Source: Octopus sinensis (Eukaryota). Taken from it: DNA of 64,000 bases. Below the pieces are notes generated by a model. It ran no database searches. It was not told where the DNA came from and was given only the letters and a program-made list of their open reading frames with translations. The stretch spans positions 13,454,001 through 13,518,000 of the forward strand of contig NC_043000.1 in assembly GCF_006345805.1 (NCBI RefSeq), in the 5' to 3' direction. A program made the position numbers and the translations under genes. The stretch's first letter is position 1. Every line of letters begins with the position of its first letter. Of this stretch, positions 38,955 through 52,700 are shown one piece after another.

Positions 38955-39117
38955 CACTCATGGAGTGGTTGGCGTTAGGAAGGGCATCCAGCCGTAGAAA
39001 CATTGCCAGATCAGACTGGAGCCTGGTGAAGGCTCCTGGCTTCCCAGACCCCAGTCAAACCGTCCAACCCATGCTAGCATGGAAAACGGACGTTAAACGA
39101 TGATGATGATGATGATA
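38955..39117 (+). mobile_element. Short RTE 3'-tail copies (representative)
   Basis: GGAGTGGTTGGCGTTAGGAAGGGCATCCAGC...CATGGAAAACGGACGTTAAACGATGATG, the same tail as 22207-25735. Other copies at 39668-39834(+), 45170-45657(+), 46085-46442(+), 47708-47990(-), 52478-52955(-), 59780-60120(-), with older variants at ~19620, 20740-21200, 42800-43050, 52080-52470, 54330-54520, 58500-58690. Confidence 0.85.
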
Positions 39118-39804
39118 TACTCTTTTACTCTTTTACTTGCTTAACTATATATATATATATATATATATACACGTTGATCATCATCATCACCATAATCATT
39201 ATATTCACAAACGTATGCATATAGAAGTACACACACACATACGCACACACACATAGTGATTGAAAAAATACCATTCAACACAGGTATAAAATATTAACAG
39301 TAACTCACAAGACTAAGAATGCTTTCGGCTCCACATTAAAATTCCTTGCATGTGGGACACATTTTTCTCAACAATTGTTGAGAGAGAGAGTGGAGTGAAT
39401 TTTAGAGAAATTTTAAATGGCTTCAATGCATTTAGGTCTCTGTTGGTCAGATTAAGTCATGTGATTGTTTTTGCAATGACAGTGACGTCAGTTATTTTAT
39501 TATTAGGTCCATGTATTGCAGACAAGATGCTGGCATCACTTTGCTAGCATTAAGGACATCAGTTGTTTTCAATGGATATTGTACAATAGTAAGACAAGAT
39601 GCTGGCATCAATTAACCATCATTCTATAGACTGAGGTACTTTAGCAATATCATTTATCATTTATCACTCTCGGAGTGGTTGGCATTAGGAAGGGCATCCA
39701 GCTGTAGAAACACTGCCAGATCTGACTGGACTGGTGCAGCTTTCGGGCTCCCCAGACCCCAGTTGAACCGTCCAACCCATGCTAGCATGGAAAGCGGACG
39801 TTAA

Positions 39805-39836
<32 letters not shown>

Positions 39837-39880
39837 ATGGGGTATAGAAGCTATTTAAAATTTCTTTGAAATTCTTTGCG

Positions 39881-39938
39881 CTCCAAACATCTGATGAGAT
39901 GGACGTCCTACACCCATGAAACACAAAGTAATGTGGAG
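39881..39938 (+). ncRNA. Type-I hammerhead motif (family D, copy 2)
   Basis: CTCC-AA-ACAT-CTGATGA-G(A)TGG...CCAT-GAAA-C-ACAAA-GTA-ATGT-GGAG; core intact, GUA cleavage triplet. Confidence 0.68.
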
Positions 39939-40039
39939 CCGAGTAAACTGTTACTAAATAGGTGTAACTCTAACCAAATGTGTTGGGTACTACTTTCTTT
40001 TTTCTGCTCACTTATTCGTAAATACATATACATAAGGAG

Positions 40040-40280
40040 CAAAGGATTCCAAAGTTATGCTTTAAGGACCAATGTAAAAAATTATCCAGAAAGAGAACCC
40101 TTTTAATGAAGGAAAATGGGAAGAGTCAGTAAAGGACCATAGCAAGTGGAAATCAGCCGGGTACAGAGAAGCCAAAGCTTTTGCAGATGTTAGCAACGAA
40201 CATGCCAAGGAGGCAAGACAAAAATGTATGCACAAAAGTGGTAGACATTTCTGTCCCAGCATTGCTCTAGTGCAGTTAGT
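40040..40280 (+). mobile_element. Old RTE ORF C-terminal remnant
   Basis: Reads ...KWEESVKDHSKWKSA...EAKAFADVSNEHAKEARQK, resembling the RTE/BovB WE..A.DR..W motif. Confidence 0.5.
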
Positions 40281-40465
40281 GTCAAAAACCATGTTTAGAA
40301 GATACCAAGCTTGAAAGGCACTGTTTGTCAAGAAGTTAAATGAAGAAATCAGGCATAAGAAGTGAAAAAGTTACTGCTTCTGCAATACTGTTGCCTATCA
40401 ACAGAAAAAGGACAAAGAAGATACACACACACTGAGATATACATAAATGTGTGTGAGTATATATG

Positions 40466-40515
<50 letters not shown>

Positions 40516-40625
40516 CACACACACAATATGTATATATATATATATATATACACATATATGTATGTATATATATACATATATATATGTATATACATATGTG
40601 TGTGTGTGTATATATATATATATAT

Positions 40626-40835
40626 AGTAAATCCAAACATGAAAACACAAAGAGAAAACACAACAACGTGAGGACGTGGAACAAGTATAGTGTTATTGGA
40701 CACTCAGGAAAGGAAAGAAAGAAGGAGGATTAAACGTTTCGAGCAGAGCTCTTCGTCAGGCACAGAGAAAAAGGAAAGGTCCAAGGAAGGGAAGACGGAG
40801 AAAGAAAATCACCAACGATACACACATGGTCACAT
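40626..40835 (-). mobile_element. Penelope-like pLTR fragment (family A) with intact hammerhead core
   Basis: Minus strand CTGACGA-AGAGC-TCT-GCTC-GAAAC-GTT at 40731-40759; homologous to 26316-26515. Confidence 0.7.
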
Positions 40836-41198
40836 ATTGAATGACCGGAAAGGAATGGGTGAAGAAAAAGTTCTTTCAAAGACAGGAGAGTGCAAGAGAA
40901 GGAGGTATGTGTGTGTATGTGTGGGTATGGGCGTGTCGCAGGTTTGTGTGTGTGTGTAATGATAGCACGTGTGTGTGTGTATGGTTGTAGCTGTTTATCT
41001 ATGTGTGTAGTTGGGCTTAGTATCGTTTAAGGTCATAGGAAGAATTTATATGTATATATATATATATTGAACAAAGGCACTGTGAAGTATGACACCTAAC
41101 CAAAGATTAAGTTCAGTAGTAAGTTCCATGCCCCAGTATCTATGTGTGCATGTTTCTGTGTGTGTATGTATGTATGCATAAATATATATATATATATG

Positions 41199-41313
<115 letters not shown>

Positions 41314-42385
41314 GTATACATATACACATGCACAGAGTCACATATCTCCCTTTGTTTCACAGCCAGTGTCTTGTAGTTCCTCCTTTTGTGCCATTTCTCC
41401 TCACTCCTCTCTTTCTCTCTCAGTTTTCTGTCCATCATGTTTGTTTCCACTTTTTCTCACCATCTTCTATTTCTCTCTCTTTCTCTCTCTCTCTCTAAAT
41501 TTTTTCTCTTTTCTTTTCATCTTTATTCATTCTCTCCCGCATCACTTCTTCCTCCCTCTCCCCGGTCTCTCTCTCTCTCTCTTTCTCACTTTCTCACTCA
41601 CTTTCCTTCTCTCAATATACTTTCTTCCTCTTGCTTTTTACTGCTACTGCATGCAAGCATGCATCCATTTATTTATGCAACATATTTTTAAGTGTATATA
41701 ACATGTTTGCACGTATCTGAGTGCGTGTACATGTATAAGTGTATGTGTGTATGCATATGTGTATGTGTGTGTATTTGTGTGTATGCATATGTGTATGTGT
41801 GTGTATTTGTGTGTATGCATATGTGTATGTGTGTGTATTTGTGTGTATGCATATGTGTATGTGTGTGTATTTGTGTGTATGCACGTGTCTATCAATCTAC
41901 AATTGCAGAATTGCCTATAGCCATAAATACAGATTTGAAGAATCATAACTCGTAGATTCCCACCTGCACTGATATGTTCCACTATTTTGCTTTAATGGAC
42001 AAACATTACTACATCTCATTACTTGTTGTTATCATTGTTGCTGTTACTATGATAGTAGTGGTGATGATCGTGGTGGCGGTGGTGGTGGTAGCAGTGGTAA
42101 TACTGGTGAAAGAGTCATTGACCCTATCTCTACATTATATCACCTGCTAGCAATAGCAACCATATAAATCATAAATCTCAAACTACAAGTTAATGTCTTA
42201 GAGAAGATAAAGTATGCATTAGACAATGCATATTACATACACTGTGTCTGAGAATAATGATGGATATATATACATACATATATATATAATTACATATATA
42301 TGTATATATGTATATTCTATATATATATATGTACATGCATATATATATGTGTATGCATGTATGTATATATATATATATATATGTG

Positions 42386-42425
<40 letters not shown>

Positions 42426-43288
42426 TGTATGTATGTATTTATGTATGTATAATTTCATTTCGATGACCAGTTTTTTTTACAGATCATATTTCTAAAAATC
42501 TATTATATTCATAGAATATACATATTAACAATGAGAGTGGAGTAAGCAAATTGTTTTATTGTATAGGGTTATATTTGTTTCATCAACATTTGAACTCAAG
42601 AGCATTGCTTTATTATTATATAAACATATGCAACTATAGACTCAAGAGGTGTGATTATATTGATACATCTCAACACAAACTCATCAGAATCCAGTATATA
42701 ATACATTTGCAAAAATATCAGACTTAAAAATAGTGGGGTTGATTCATTTAACAACACCCTTCAAAGCAGAACCTGAGTGACTGAAACATGTAAAAGATAA
42801 ACTTCAACTACTAACATAAGGCCACCTTCTTCTCTAATGTAGCCTCACTCAGCTGAAAGCAATCTTGGTCCTGTGAGTTACATGGTGACCTCACTAGTGC
42901 TGGTGCCACAATAAAAGCATGCAGCATACTCTGCAATGTGGTTAGCATTAGGAAGGTCATCCAGTTGCAGAGACTATGCCAAAGCAGACACTGGAGCACA
43001 ATGCAATCCTCAACTCCAGTCAAACCATCCACATCATGCCAGCATGAAAGATGGATATTATATATATATATATTGCTTTTTTTTATCTGTTTCAGTCATT
43101 TGACTGCAGCCATGCTGGAGCACCACCTTTAGTCGAGCAAATCGACCCCAGCACTTATTCTTTGTAAGCCTAGTACTTATTCTATCGGTCTCTTTTGCTG
43201 AACTGCTAAGTTATGGGGACATAAACATGCTAACATTGGTTGTCAAGCGATTGTGGTGGTGGTGGTGGTGGAACAAACACAAGCACCA

Positions 43289-43321
<33 letters not shown>

Positions 43322-43655
43322 AAAGTAAATAAATGGTACAACGAGGTACCGATATTTACTGGAAAATAGCGATCGTAATAAATACGACACTATTGTATAG
43401 CTTCACTGCGTATATACTAGCAAAGACGCGTGTGTGCAACAAACATGAAAAAAATTTGTCTTACCTCTAGGAAGAACATCTGATAAATGAAAAACCTAGA
43501 AACAGATAATGCAGGACCGGTTTCAGACTCTTCAAATACGTTTGACAACGTAGATTTGATTTGTCCTCATCAGCTGCATATACCTAGACAAAATTTCAAA
43601 TGTTGCCACATCTATGCCAGTACACTCGTCTGAACGCCAAAACGTTAACAGAACA
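43322..43655 (-). mobile_element. Penelope-like fragment (family E) inserted into the internal microsatellite of a SINE
   Basis: Splits the reverse SINE into 43078-43320 and 43655-43775; carries the hammerhead at 43509-43579. Confidence 0.6.
43509..43579 (-). ncRNA. Type-I hammerhead ribozyme, apparently intact
   Basis: ATGCAG-CTGATGA-GGAC-[extended hairpin]-GTCT-GAAA-CCGG-TC-CTGCAT: perfect 6-bp stem I, canonical core, palindromic ACCGGT stem III, GUC triplet. Confidence 0.82.
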
Positions 43656-44649
43656 AGGCTTTGGTTGGCCCGAGGCTATAGTAGAAGACACTTGCCTAAG
43701 GTGCCACGCAGTGGGACTGAACCTGGAACTATGTGATTGATAAGCAAGCTTCTAACCACACACCCACTCCTGCGACTATATATATATATATATATACATG
43801 TACGTATGTATATGTACATATGTATATGTATGTATGTATATGTACGTATGTATAATTTAACTATAATATGGAGACATGATTACCGAGATGCTACATGCTG
43901 CCTGTGACATTAAACTCTTCATAATCTGTGCTGAAGCAGAACCAGATTTGGTCAACAACAAACACAGCCGTCAGCCAAAGAAAGGGCAAAACTGAAGAGT
44001 TGTTTTCTAAGCATTTATTATTGTTGTTGTTGTTGCTGCAGCTCTAAGTTGTTGTTGGTTTTATATTTTTTCACTACTTCCTTGTTATGTTTTACCTATT
44101 TATTTATTTATTTATTTATTTCCTAGATTCGGAGTGGGTGGATGGGGGTCGGGGAGAGGGGGAGGGGGGTCATCATTATCAGTCACATTGTGGTATTCGT
44201 AACCTCTAACCTTATTTCCGCCTAAATATCGTTTCAAAATCACTCAGTGATGTTAGAGCTTGACTTCCATTTCAAACAAACCCCTGCTTTTTTTTTTTAT
44301 ATTTTTGTTATTTATTTTCTTAAATGTTTATTTTATTTCTCTTTTATTTCCCTTGATATGTTTCAGTTGTTGTTGTTGTTTTCATTATTTTTCTTTGTAT
44401 TTTTTTGTAATTCTTTATAATATATAATAACTACAAATGACAACCTAACAGATTTTATATATATGTGTATTTATATTTATATATATGTATGCATATATAA
44501 ACACAATATATTTATGTATATGTATATATGTATACACACACATTGTATATATATACATATATATATATATACATATATATACATATACATACACACACAC
44601 ACATATGAGGGTGTGTATCTTCATATAGTTGCATATGCATGTACATACT

Positions 44650-44681
<32 letters not shown>

Positions 44682-45908
44682 TGTATGTATGTATGTATGT
44701 ATGTATGTGTGTATGTATGTATGTATGTATGTATGTATGTATGTATGTATGTATGTATCTATGTCTCCAAGAAGTTTAACATATTTTTATATAATTACAA
44801 TGCTATTCTGAAGAATTTGCTTTTGACAATACTGCAAGGAAAACTGCTAGAAAACAAAATGGAAAAATTATTAAAAACATAGAATAATGATGATGATGAT
44901 GATGATGATGATGTTAGCAACAACAACAACAATAATAACACTAGTCAGTTGAAGAAATAAAAGAAGAAATATGTAGAGTAAAAAAAAATGTGCTTGGAAT
45001 TTGAGGTAATTTCTGTCAGCTATAGTGAACTGGGAAACTGAAATCAAAATTAAAAATATGAAGCTTGGCTTGGCTGTATTGGTGGCTAAGTTGGTTTCTC
45101 AAAGTGGTTTTGGGTTCAGTTCCACAGCATGGCAATATATTTACTGGATGGAAACTAAAAGAAGCATTACATACATACTCAAATTCGATGACTGGCATCC
45201 GTGCTAGTGGAGCGCTAAGAGTACCATACAAGTGAGATCGTTGCCTGAGCAACAAGCTGGCCTCCGTGCCGATGGCACGTTAAAAACACCATTCGAGTGT
45301 GAACATTACCTGTGTCACCTTACTAGCACTTGTGCTGGTGGCACGTGAAAAAACATTCGAGCGAGGTCGTTGCCAGCACCGCTGGACTGGCTCCTGTGCA
45401 GGTGGCACATAAAAAGCACCATTTGAGCATGGCCATTGCTAGTACTGCCTGACTAGCCCTCGTGCCGGTGGCACGTAAAAGCACCCACTACACTCTCGGA
45501 GTGGTTGGCATTAGGAAGGGCATCCAGCTGTAGAAATTCTGCCAGATCAGACTGGAGCCTGGTGCAGCCATCTGGTTCACCAGACCTCAGTCAAATCGTC
45601 CAACCCATGCCAGCATGGAAAGTGGACGTTAAACGATGATGATGATGATGATGATGATACATACATACATACACACATACATGCATGCATACATACACAT
45701 ATGCATGCATACAGTTAAATTAGATTCAAGTAAAAAAACCTTCTACAATGCTATGCAAAGCTCATCCACAGTAAATGGCTACCTGATGTCATCATACAGT
45801 AGAAATGCTCTTGCTATTGGATATACATCAGAAATTCCATAGTATTTGTAGAGATTATATAATGATTGAAAATAGAATGAATGATATTATTTATTTAAAA
45901 TAACTAGA

Positions 45909-46064
45909 ATTGTTTCAACACATTTTTAGTACCTGCAGTACATTGGTGAGATGTTGTGTAACCGTTATCATTCATCGAAGGTGTAAAATGCACCTTGAAT
46001 GTATGATGATGATTATACAACCCCTCATCAATGTATCAAAGGTATAAAAATGTGTCAAAACAAT
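45909..46064. mobile_element. Small imperfect fold-back element
   Basis: TTGTTTCAACACATTTTTAGTACCT pairs with AGGTATAAAAATGTGTCAAAACAA; inner TACATTGGTGAG pairs with CTCATCAATGTA. Confidence 0.55.
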
Positions 46065-46491
46065 GGTAGTGATTTCTAATAAAGAATACCGAGCGTGATC
46101 ATTGCCAGAGCCATGGATTGGCTCCCATGCCAATGGCACGTGAAAAGCACCATTTGAGTGTGATCATTGCCAGTGCCGCCGGACTGGATCCCATGCAGGT
46201 AGCATGTAAAAAAACACCTTTTGAGTGTGGTCGTTGCCAGAACTGTTTGATGGGCCCTTGTGCCAGTGTCATGTAAAAGCACCCACTATACTCTTGGAGT
46301 GGTTGGCGTTAGGGAGAGCATCCAGCTGTAGAAACTTTGCCAGATCAGATTGAGCCTGGTGCAGCCTCTGGCTCACCAGTCCTCAGACAAACCATCCAAC
46401 CCATGCCACCATGGAAAGCAGACGTTAAACGATGATGATGATGAATACTATTCATTCCATTTTCTATCATTTATCTACATACATATTTACA

Positions 46492-46579
<88 letters not shown>

Positions 46580-47029
46580 AACATCAATTAGCTGGGATCA
46601 CGTCAATTTTGGTCAGTAGCTTAGTTGTGCCCTGCATGTGATTAGCTAGTAGAATACTTTGAGGGAATATTTACAGAATAATTAGTAAATTAATCAAATT
46701 AATAATATTCCATTCTTCTATTACAAAACTGGAACAATTTTGAAAGGAAAACATATACTCCACAACTCCAATCCTATGAGTAAAATAAGTTGCATACAAC
46801 ATTTAGTAAAAATACAATAATGTAAAAAGAATGCACAATGGAACTTCAGTCTGTGCTACATATGTTTCAGTAGAAAGCATTTTTATTGATTATGTGCATT
46901 ATGAAATACACATGTAATCAATAATAATTGCATAACATTCTATTTCAAACTGGGGAAAACTTTTGCAGACACGTTTATATATATATAGGAGAGTATTGTA
47001 GTTCACTTGAAACGTTGTGTATTGTTTGC

Positions 47030-47269
47030 AAAGAATAAAAAGTACTGAATGGTACAACAATGCACTATAATACAAACAATGGGCTATATACCTGTTGTAA
47101 TTTAGCCATCCATAGAGTGATAAATATTTCGGAATAAAATTCCTTAGAATATCTGAAGAAGGAATTTTATTCTAAAATATTGTCAGACTATGAATGACTA
47201 AATTACAACAGGTATATTGCTCTTTGTTTGTATTATAGTGCATTGTTGTACCATTCAAAACTTTTTATT

Positions 47270-47273
<4 letters not shown>
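47030..47273. repeat. 244-bp palindrome of head-to-head Penelope-like termini with a central hammerhead motif (family F)
   Basis: ~115-bp arms are reverse complements with scattered mismatches; centre TCT-CTGAAGA-type core: TCTGAAGAAGGAATTTTATTCTAAAATATTGTCAGA (47152-47187); the other arm preserves ATTCCGAAAT. Confidence 0.8.
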
Positions 47274-47307
<34 letters not shown>

Positions 47308-48719
47308 AATTTTTTTGCCTAATGGGTATATGTCAATTTATGTGTTGAGTAAAGCATGTTCACAGTTTGGGCTACCTGGTGTCATCCACGGATGAGGTAT
47401 ATTTCTGCTGGATCTACTTCAAGAATTCTGCAGTATTAGCTAAGATAATAATGATTGATGAATGAAACAGAAGATAGATTTAGTACTATTCTTTATTCAG
47501 TAGGATAACAGTTACAACTCATCCTGCAACTTTCTATTACAGGTAGGATTTTGTGCATCTAATTGTGTTGCATCAATTTGTGCAGCTTGCATCACATCAG
47601 GTACATACATAAAGGAGATATCCCGACAGATATACTGAAATGTCTAAGGTATGCTGTTCAAGCCTGCTGTATCTTGATTATGATCAGTTATAATTGTACA
47701 TTGGTATTATCATCATCGTTTAATGTCCGCTTTCCATACTGGCATGGGTTGGATGGTTTGACTGAGGACTGGTGAGCCCGATGTCTGCACCAGGTTCCAA
47801 TCTGATCTGGCAGAGTCTCTACAGATGGATGCCAACCACTCCAAGAGTGTAGTGGGTGCTCTTATGTGCCACCGGCACGAGGGCCAGTCAGGCGGTACTG
47901 GCAATGGCCAAGTTAAATGGTGCTTTTTACGTGCCATCTGCACAGGAGCCAGTCCAGTGGCACTGGCAACGACCTTGCTTGAATGTTGTTGTTCATATGT
48001 AACATAAATATTTGAAATGATAATATATAGAGAATATATAGGAAAGATTAGATTTAGGTTAGTGAAGAGGGGTGTGCACTCCTGAACAGAAACTAAAAGA
48101 AGCCTGTCATGAGTATGTGTGTGTGTGGTCATGTATACCCTAATTTTGACATCATGCAATCATTGTAGTTCAGTCTTCCATGAAATATATTTCTGGCCAA
48201 GGGAAATATTAGCTTGGAATATTGGAGACATGTACGGGTTGGTGACAGGAAGGGCATCCAGCTTTAAAAAACCTGCCTCACTGAACTTTTTCTGACCCAT
48301 GCAAGCGTTAAAAATTGAACATTAAATGATAATGATGATGATGAATTATATATACATGTATAAATATATTTATGTTTGTATGTATGTATGTGTATTTATA
48401 TATGTATGTATGCTTATGTGTATATGCATATATATATATATATGGTTTATCAAGAAGGGCATCTTGACATGCACAGACACATATGCCTGTGCACACACAC
48501 ATGTGTGTATATGAGTTGAGATGTACTTATCTCTAAGACAAATGTGTGTGTATATATGTATGTATCGCAGTGTGCTTATCCCCAACCAAATATATATACA
48601 TAAGTATACGCAGATACAATATATACACATATGCATATATACACAGATACAGATACATTCATACATATATACACATATATATACACACACATATATATAT
48701 ACACACACACATACATACA

Positions 48720-48820
<101 letters not shown>

Positions 48821-49116
48821 TACATACACACACATTTACATCTTTATATGCTGATTTCTGTGAATGTGAATCATTTTCCAAATGTTACCCACTAAACACC
48901 CTGTGAATGGAAAAGATGAAAAGAGAGTAATGTCCCTGACGCCTGTAGACATCCCAGTAGAAGCTGCATTGTTGTCCAGAACATTCCATCTCACACCCTC
49001 CCCTACACCTCCTTACAGTATCACCACACCCATCTTCCTCATTAGTGTCACCATTGACATTTCAATCAATGAACATTTCTATGATGCTGTCCTACCCGTG
49101 CCCCTACTCCCACCAC

Positions 49117-49562
49117 TTAGTTGGTAATAGTTATAGTGGTGGTGATAGTAGTAGTAGTAGTAGTAGTAGTAGTAAGAGTAGTTGTAGTAGTAGTTGTTAT
49201 AATGATGCTAGCAATACTTGTGTTTGTAGGAGTACTAGTGCTTGTGGTGGTGGTGGTGGTGGCAGTAGTAATTGTACTGGTGGTGATGGTGGTGGTAGTG
49301 GTGCTAGCTATACTAATGCTTGTAGTGATGGTTGTTATAGTGATAGTGGTGATGGTAGAAGTTGTGATAGTAGTAGTAGTAGTAGTAGCAGCAGCAGTAA
49401 AAGTAATTGTAGTAGTGGTGGTTGTGGTGGTGATAATAATGGTGGTGCTTGTATAGGTGGTAGCAGAAGTACTTAAATTGGTAGCACTACTAACGGTAAT
49501 CATAGTGGTGGTGGTGGTGGTGATGGTGGTAATGATGGTAGTGGTGGTAGTGGTGGTGGTGA

Positions 49563-49621
<59 letters not shown>

Positions 49622-49777
49622 ACGATGATTAAAATTTTGTTTAACAAGGAACATGATGATGAGGAGGAGGAGGTGGAAGAGAAAGAGGGAGAGGAGGTAA
49701 TGATAATTGTAACAATGATGACCATGAAAATGATGATGACAATGATGATGTTGATGATAGGGATGTTTATTTTGTAA
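49117..49777. repeat. Degenerate (GTA/GTG/GAT)n low-complexity block
   Basis: Triplet runs; poly-S/T/V ORFs are artefacts. Confidence 0.9.
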
Positions 49778-52700
49778 TGTTGACAGTGTTATTAGTGGTG
49801 GATCTCAGAATACCAGGAGTGGTACGGAAAAGGATCCTTTTTCTTTCTTTTGTTTCTTTTTCACTTTATCCCATCATTCTTTCTTTCAAGTAAAGGAATG
49901 CATAATTTTTTTTTCTTTCTTCTACCAATCATTCTACCAAGGAATGCTTAATTTTTTCTTTCTTCTACCAATCAGAGGTGCTTCTATTGCTGTATAAAGC
50001 AAGGAAGTGAAAATGCTGAAGGTTTCTAAAAAGAATGAAATAGTCCAATATATGATTACCAATGACTAGAAAGTGTGACATCTTCATAATAGAGAAGAAA
50101 CAAAAACGAAATAATAAGTCTATATGAACTCTATGCATCTTTTTCCTTGTATTCTTTAATTTCAAATTGAAATTCTAACCTCACTCTTCAAGATTGGTAC
50201 ATATTTGATCAGTTCCTTGTGTCATACTGCTGAGCTACAGGGATGAAAACAGACCAACAGTGGTTTCAAGAGGTGATGGGGGATATACACAAGCACAAAA
50301 ACACAAACACACATATACAATGGGCTTCCACATTATTTCATCCATCATATTCACTGACAAGGCATTGGTCAGCTTGGGCTATACTAGCAAATATTTACCA
50401 AAGAGAGCTTCTTACCCACACATCCACACCCGGCTATCCATTTTCTCTTCATTTTTCATATTAAGGCAGCAAATCAACAGAATCCTTAATGTGTTGCAAA
50501 CAATAAATATGTTACACCATTTGCTCTCTTTTGTGCTCTTAGGTCAAACATTTTCAAAACCAATTTTATTTTAGCTTCCTTGACTTAGCAGTCCTATGAT
50601 CAAAGCTATTCTAGACATGGCAATCTCAGCTTTTGTTCATACGTAGTGCATGTAGTGATAGTAGAGTATGGGAATTGAGCTATTTCTTATTTCTTTATTG
50701 CCCACAAGGGGTAAACACAGAGGGGACAAATAGGACAGACAAACGGATTGAGTCAATTATATCAACCCCAGTGCGTAACTGGTACTTAATTTATTGACCC
50801 CGAAAGGATGAAAGGCAAAGTCGACCTCGGCGGAATTTGAACTCAGAACGTAATGGCAGACGAAATACCGCCAAGCATTTCGCCTGGTGTGCTTAACGTC
50901 TCAGCCAACTCACCGAATTGAGCTATTTCTAGCAAGTTCATTGATCACGTAGTGGTTCCTTTATTGGCATACTGTAGTAGCTTTTGATGTTATATATTTT
51001 TTTATGTATTCCTGCAAACTTGTGAAAGCACATGGCTCAGTAGTTAGAACATCGGGCTCACAATCATGAGGTAGTGATTTCGATTCCTGGACCAGGCTGC
51101 ATGTTGTATTCTTGAGCAAGACACTTTATTTCACATTGCTCCAGTTCATGCAGCTGTAGTAATGAGTTGCAACACCACTGGTGCCAAGCTGTATCAGCCT
51201 TTGCCTTTCCCTTGGATAACATCAGTGGTATGGAGAGGAGAGACTGGTATGCGTGGGTGACTGCTGGTCTTCCACAAACAACCTTACCCGGACTTGTGTC
51301 CCAGAGGGGAACTTTCTAGGTGCAATTCCATGGTCATTCATGGCAGAAGGGGGTCTTTGCCATTTACCCTTTGCTGCACAGAACCATGTGGTTGAGAAAC
51401 AAACTTCTTACCATAGAGCCACACCACTCCTGGCTAAAAAAAAGCCAGTCTTCTCTCTTGTCATGCTGTACTGAGACTGGTGGTGAAAGGGCTGCTGGGG
51501 ACACAATGTAAAGTTCCTTATTGGCCCCTTCACAAAACTGATTCCAAGAGAGAGAGAGAAAGAAGGGAGAGGGAGAGAAAGAGGGGAGAGGGAGAGAAAG
51601 AGGAGAGAGAGAGTGTGTGAGAGAAAGATAAATAGTTAAACAGATAGACAAACAGATGAACAGACAGATCACACATACAGGCATGCACACACACACACAC
51701 ACGCACCTTATCCTATCTGACTCAAACAGACCAAAGGAATGCAACTCTTAATTTGTTTTTTTTTTCTTTTCTCATTCCATTTTTTTCTTTAACCTTCCTC
51801 TCATCTTTTCTCATCTTTTCTCCAAAACCAACATCCTTTCTCATATCTGTTCTCAAAAATGAACGTCTTTTCTCATTTTTTTCAAGAAAGACCAACCATG
51901 TTGTATATCTGAATCAGAAAGATTGCTTGGAGACACACAGCATGCAATACAAGCTTTTCAGACCATCATGTTTTCAGAGCATGAAACTAACAGTAGCTCA
52001 AATTTAAATCTTATTCTCATTCTCTCTGTCTTTCAGACCTTGTCCAGATAATCATGTATCTCCTCTACAGCAAGACACCTGCTGCTTTTGTCTCTGTCAC
52101 ACTCAAACCTTTCATCATCCGGTATAAGATCATCTCCTTCAATGCTCCCTCCCCTCTCAAAGAATCTTTATCTTGCAAGTTACTTGGTGAGCCTACCAGT
52201 GTTAGTGCCATGTAAAAAGCATCCAGTCCACACTGTAAATCGGTTGGTGTTTGGAAGGGCATCCAACTGTAAAAACCATGCCAAAACTGACCTTGCTTGT
52301 GCTTGTGCAATGTAAAAAGCACTCAGTCCATTCCGTGGGGTAGTTGGTGTTAGGAAGAGAATCTAGCCCTAAAAACCTTGTCAAAACAGACACAGAAGTC
52401 TGGTGCAGTCTTCTGCCCAGCTAGTTCTTGTCAAACAATCCAATCCATCCCAGCATGGAAAACGGACATTAATTGAATCATCATCATCATCATCATCATT
52501 TAGCGTCCGTTTTTCAGGCTAGCATGGGTTGGACGGTTCAACTGGGGTCTGTGAATTCAGAAGGCTGCATCAGGCCCAGTCTGATCTGGCAGTGTTTCTA
52601 CGGCTGGATGCCCTTCCTAACGCCAACCACTCCGCGAGTGTAGTGGGTACTTTTTACGTGCCACCGGCACAGGTGGCACATGGCCATGGACGGATGGTGC

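Noticed and set aside
49045-49777. Mucin-like poly-Thr/Ser/Val ORFs (also 4760-5603, 6852-7375) and the poly-Asp ORF at 60591-61004
   Set aside because: Degenerate triplet repeats open on both strands, with no splice or domain support.
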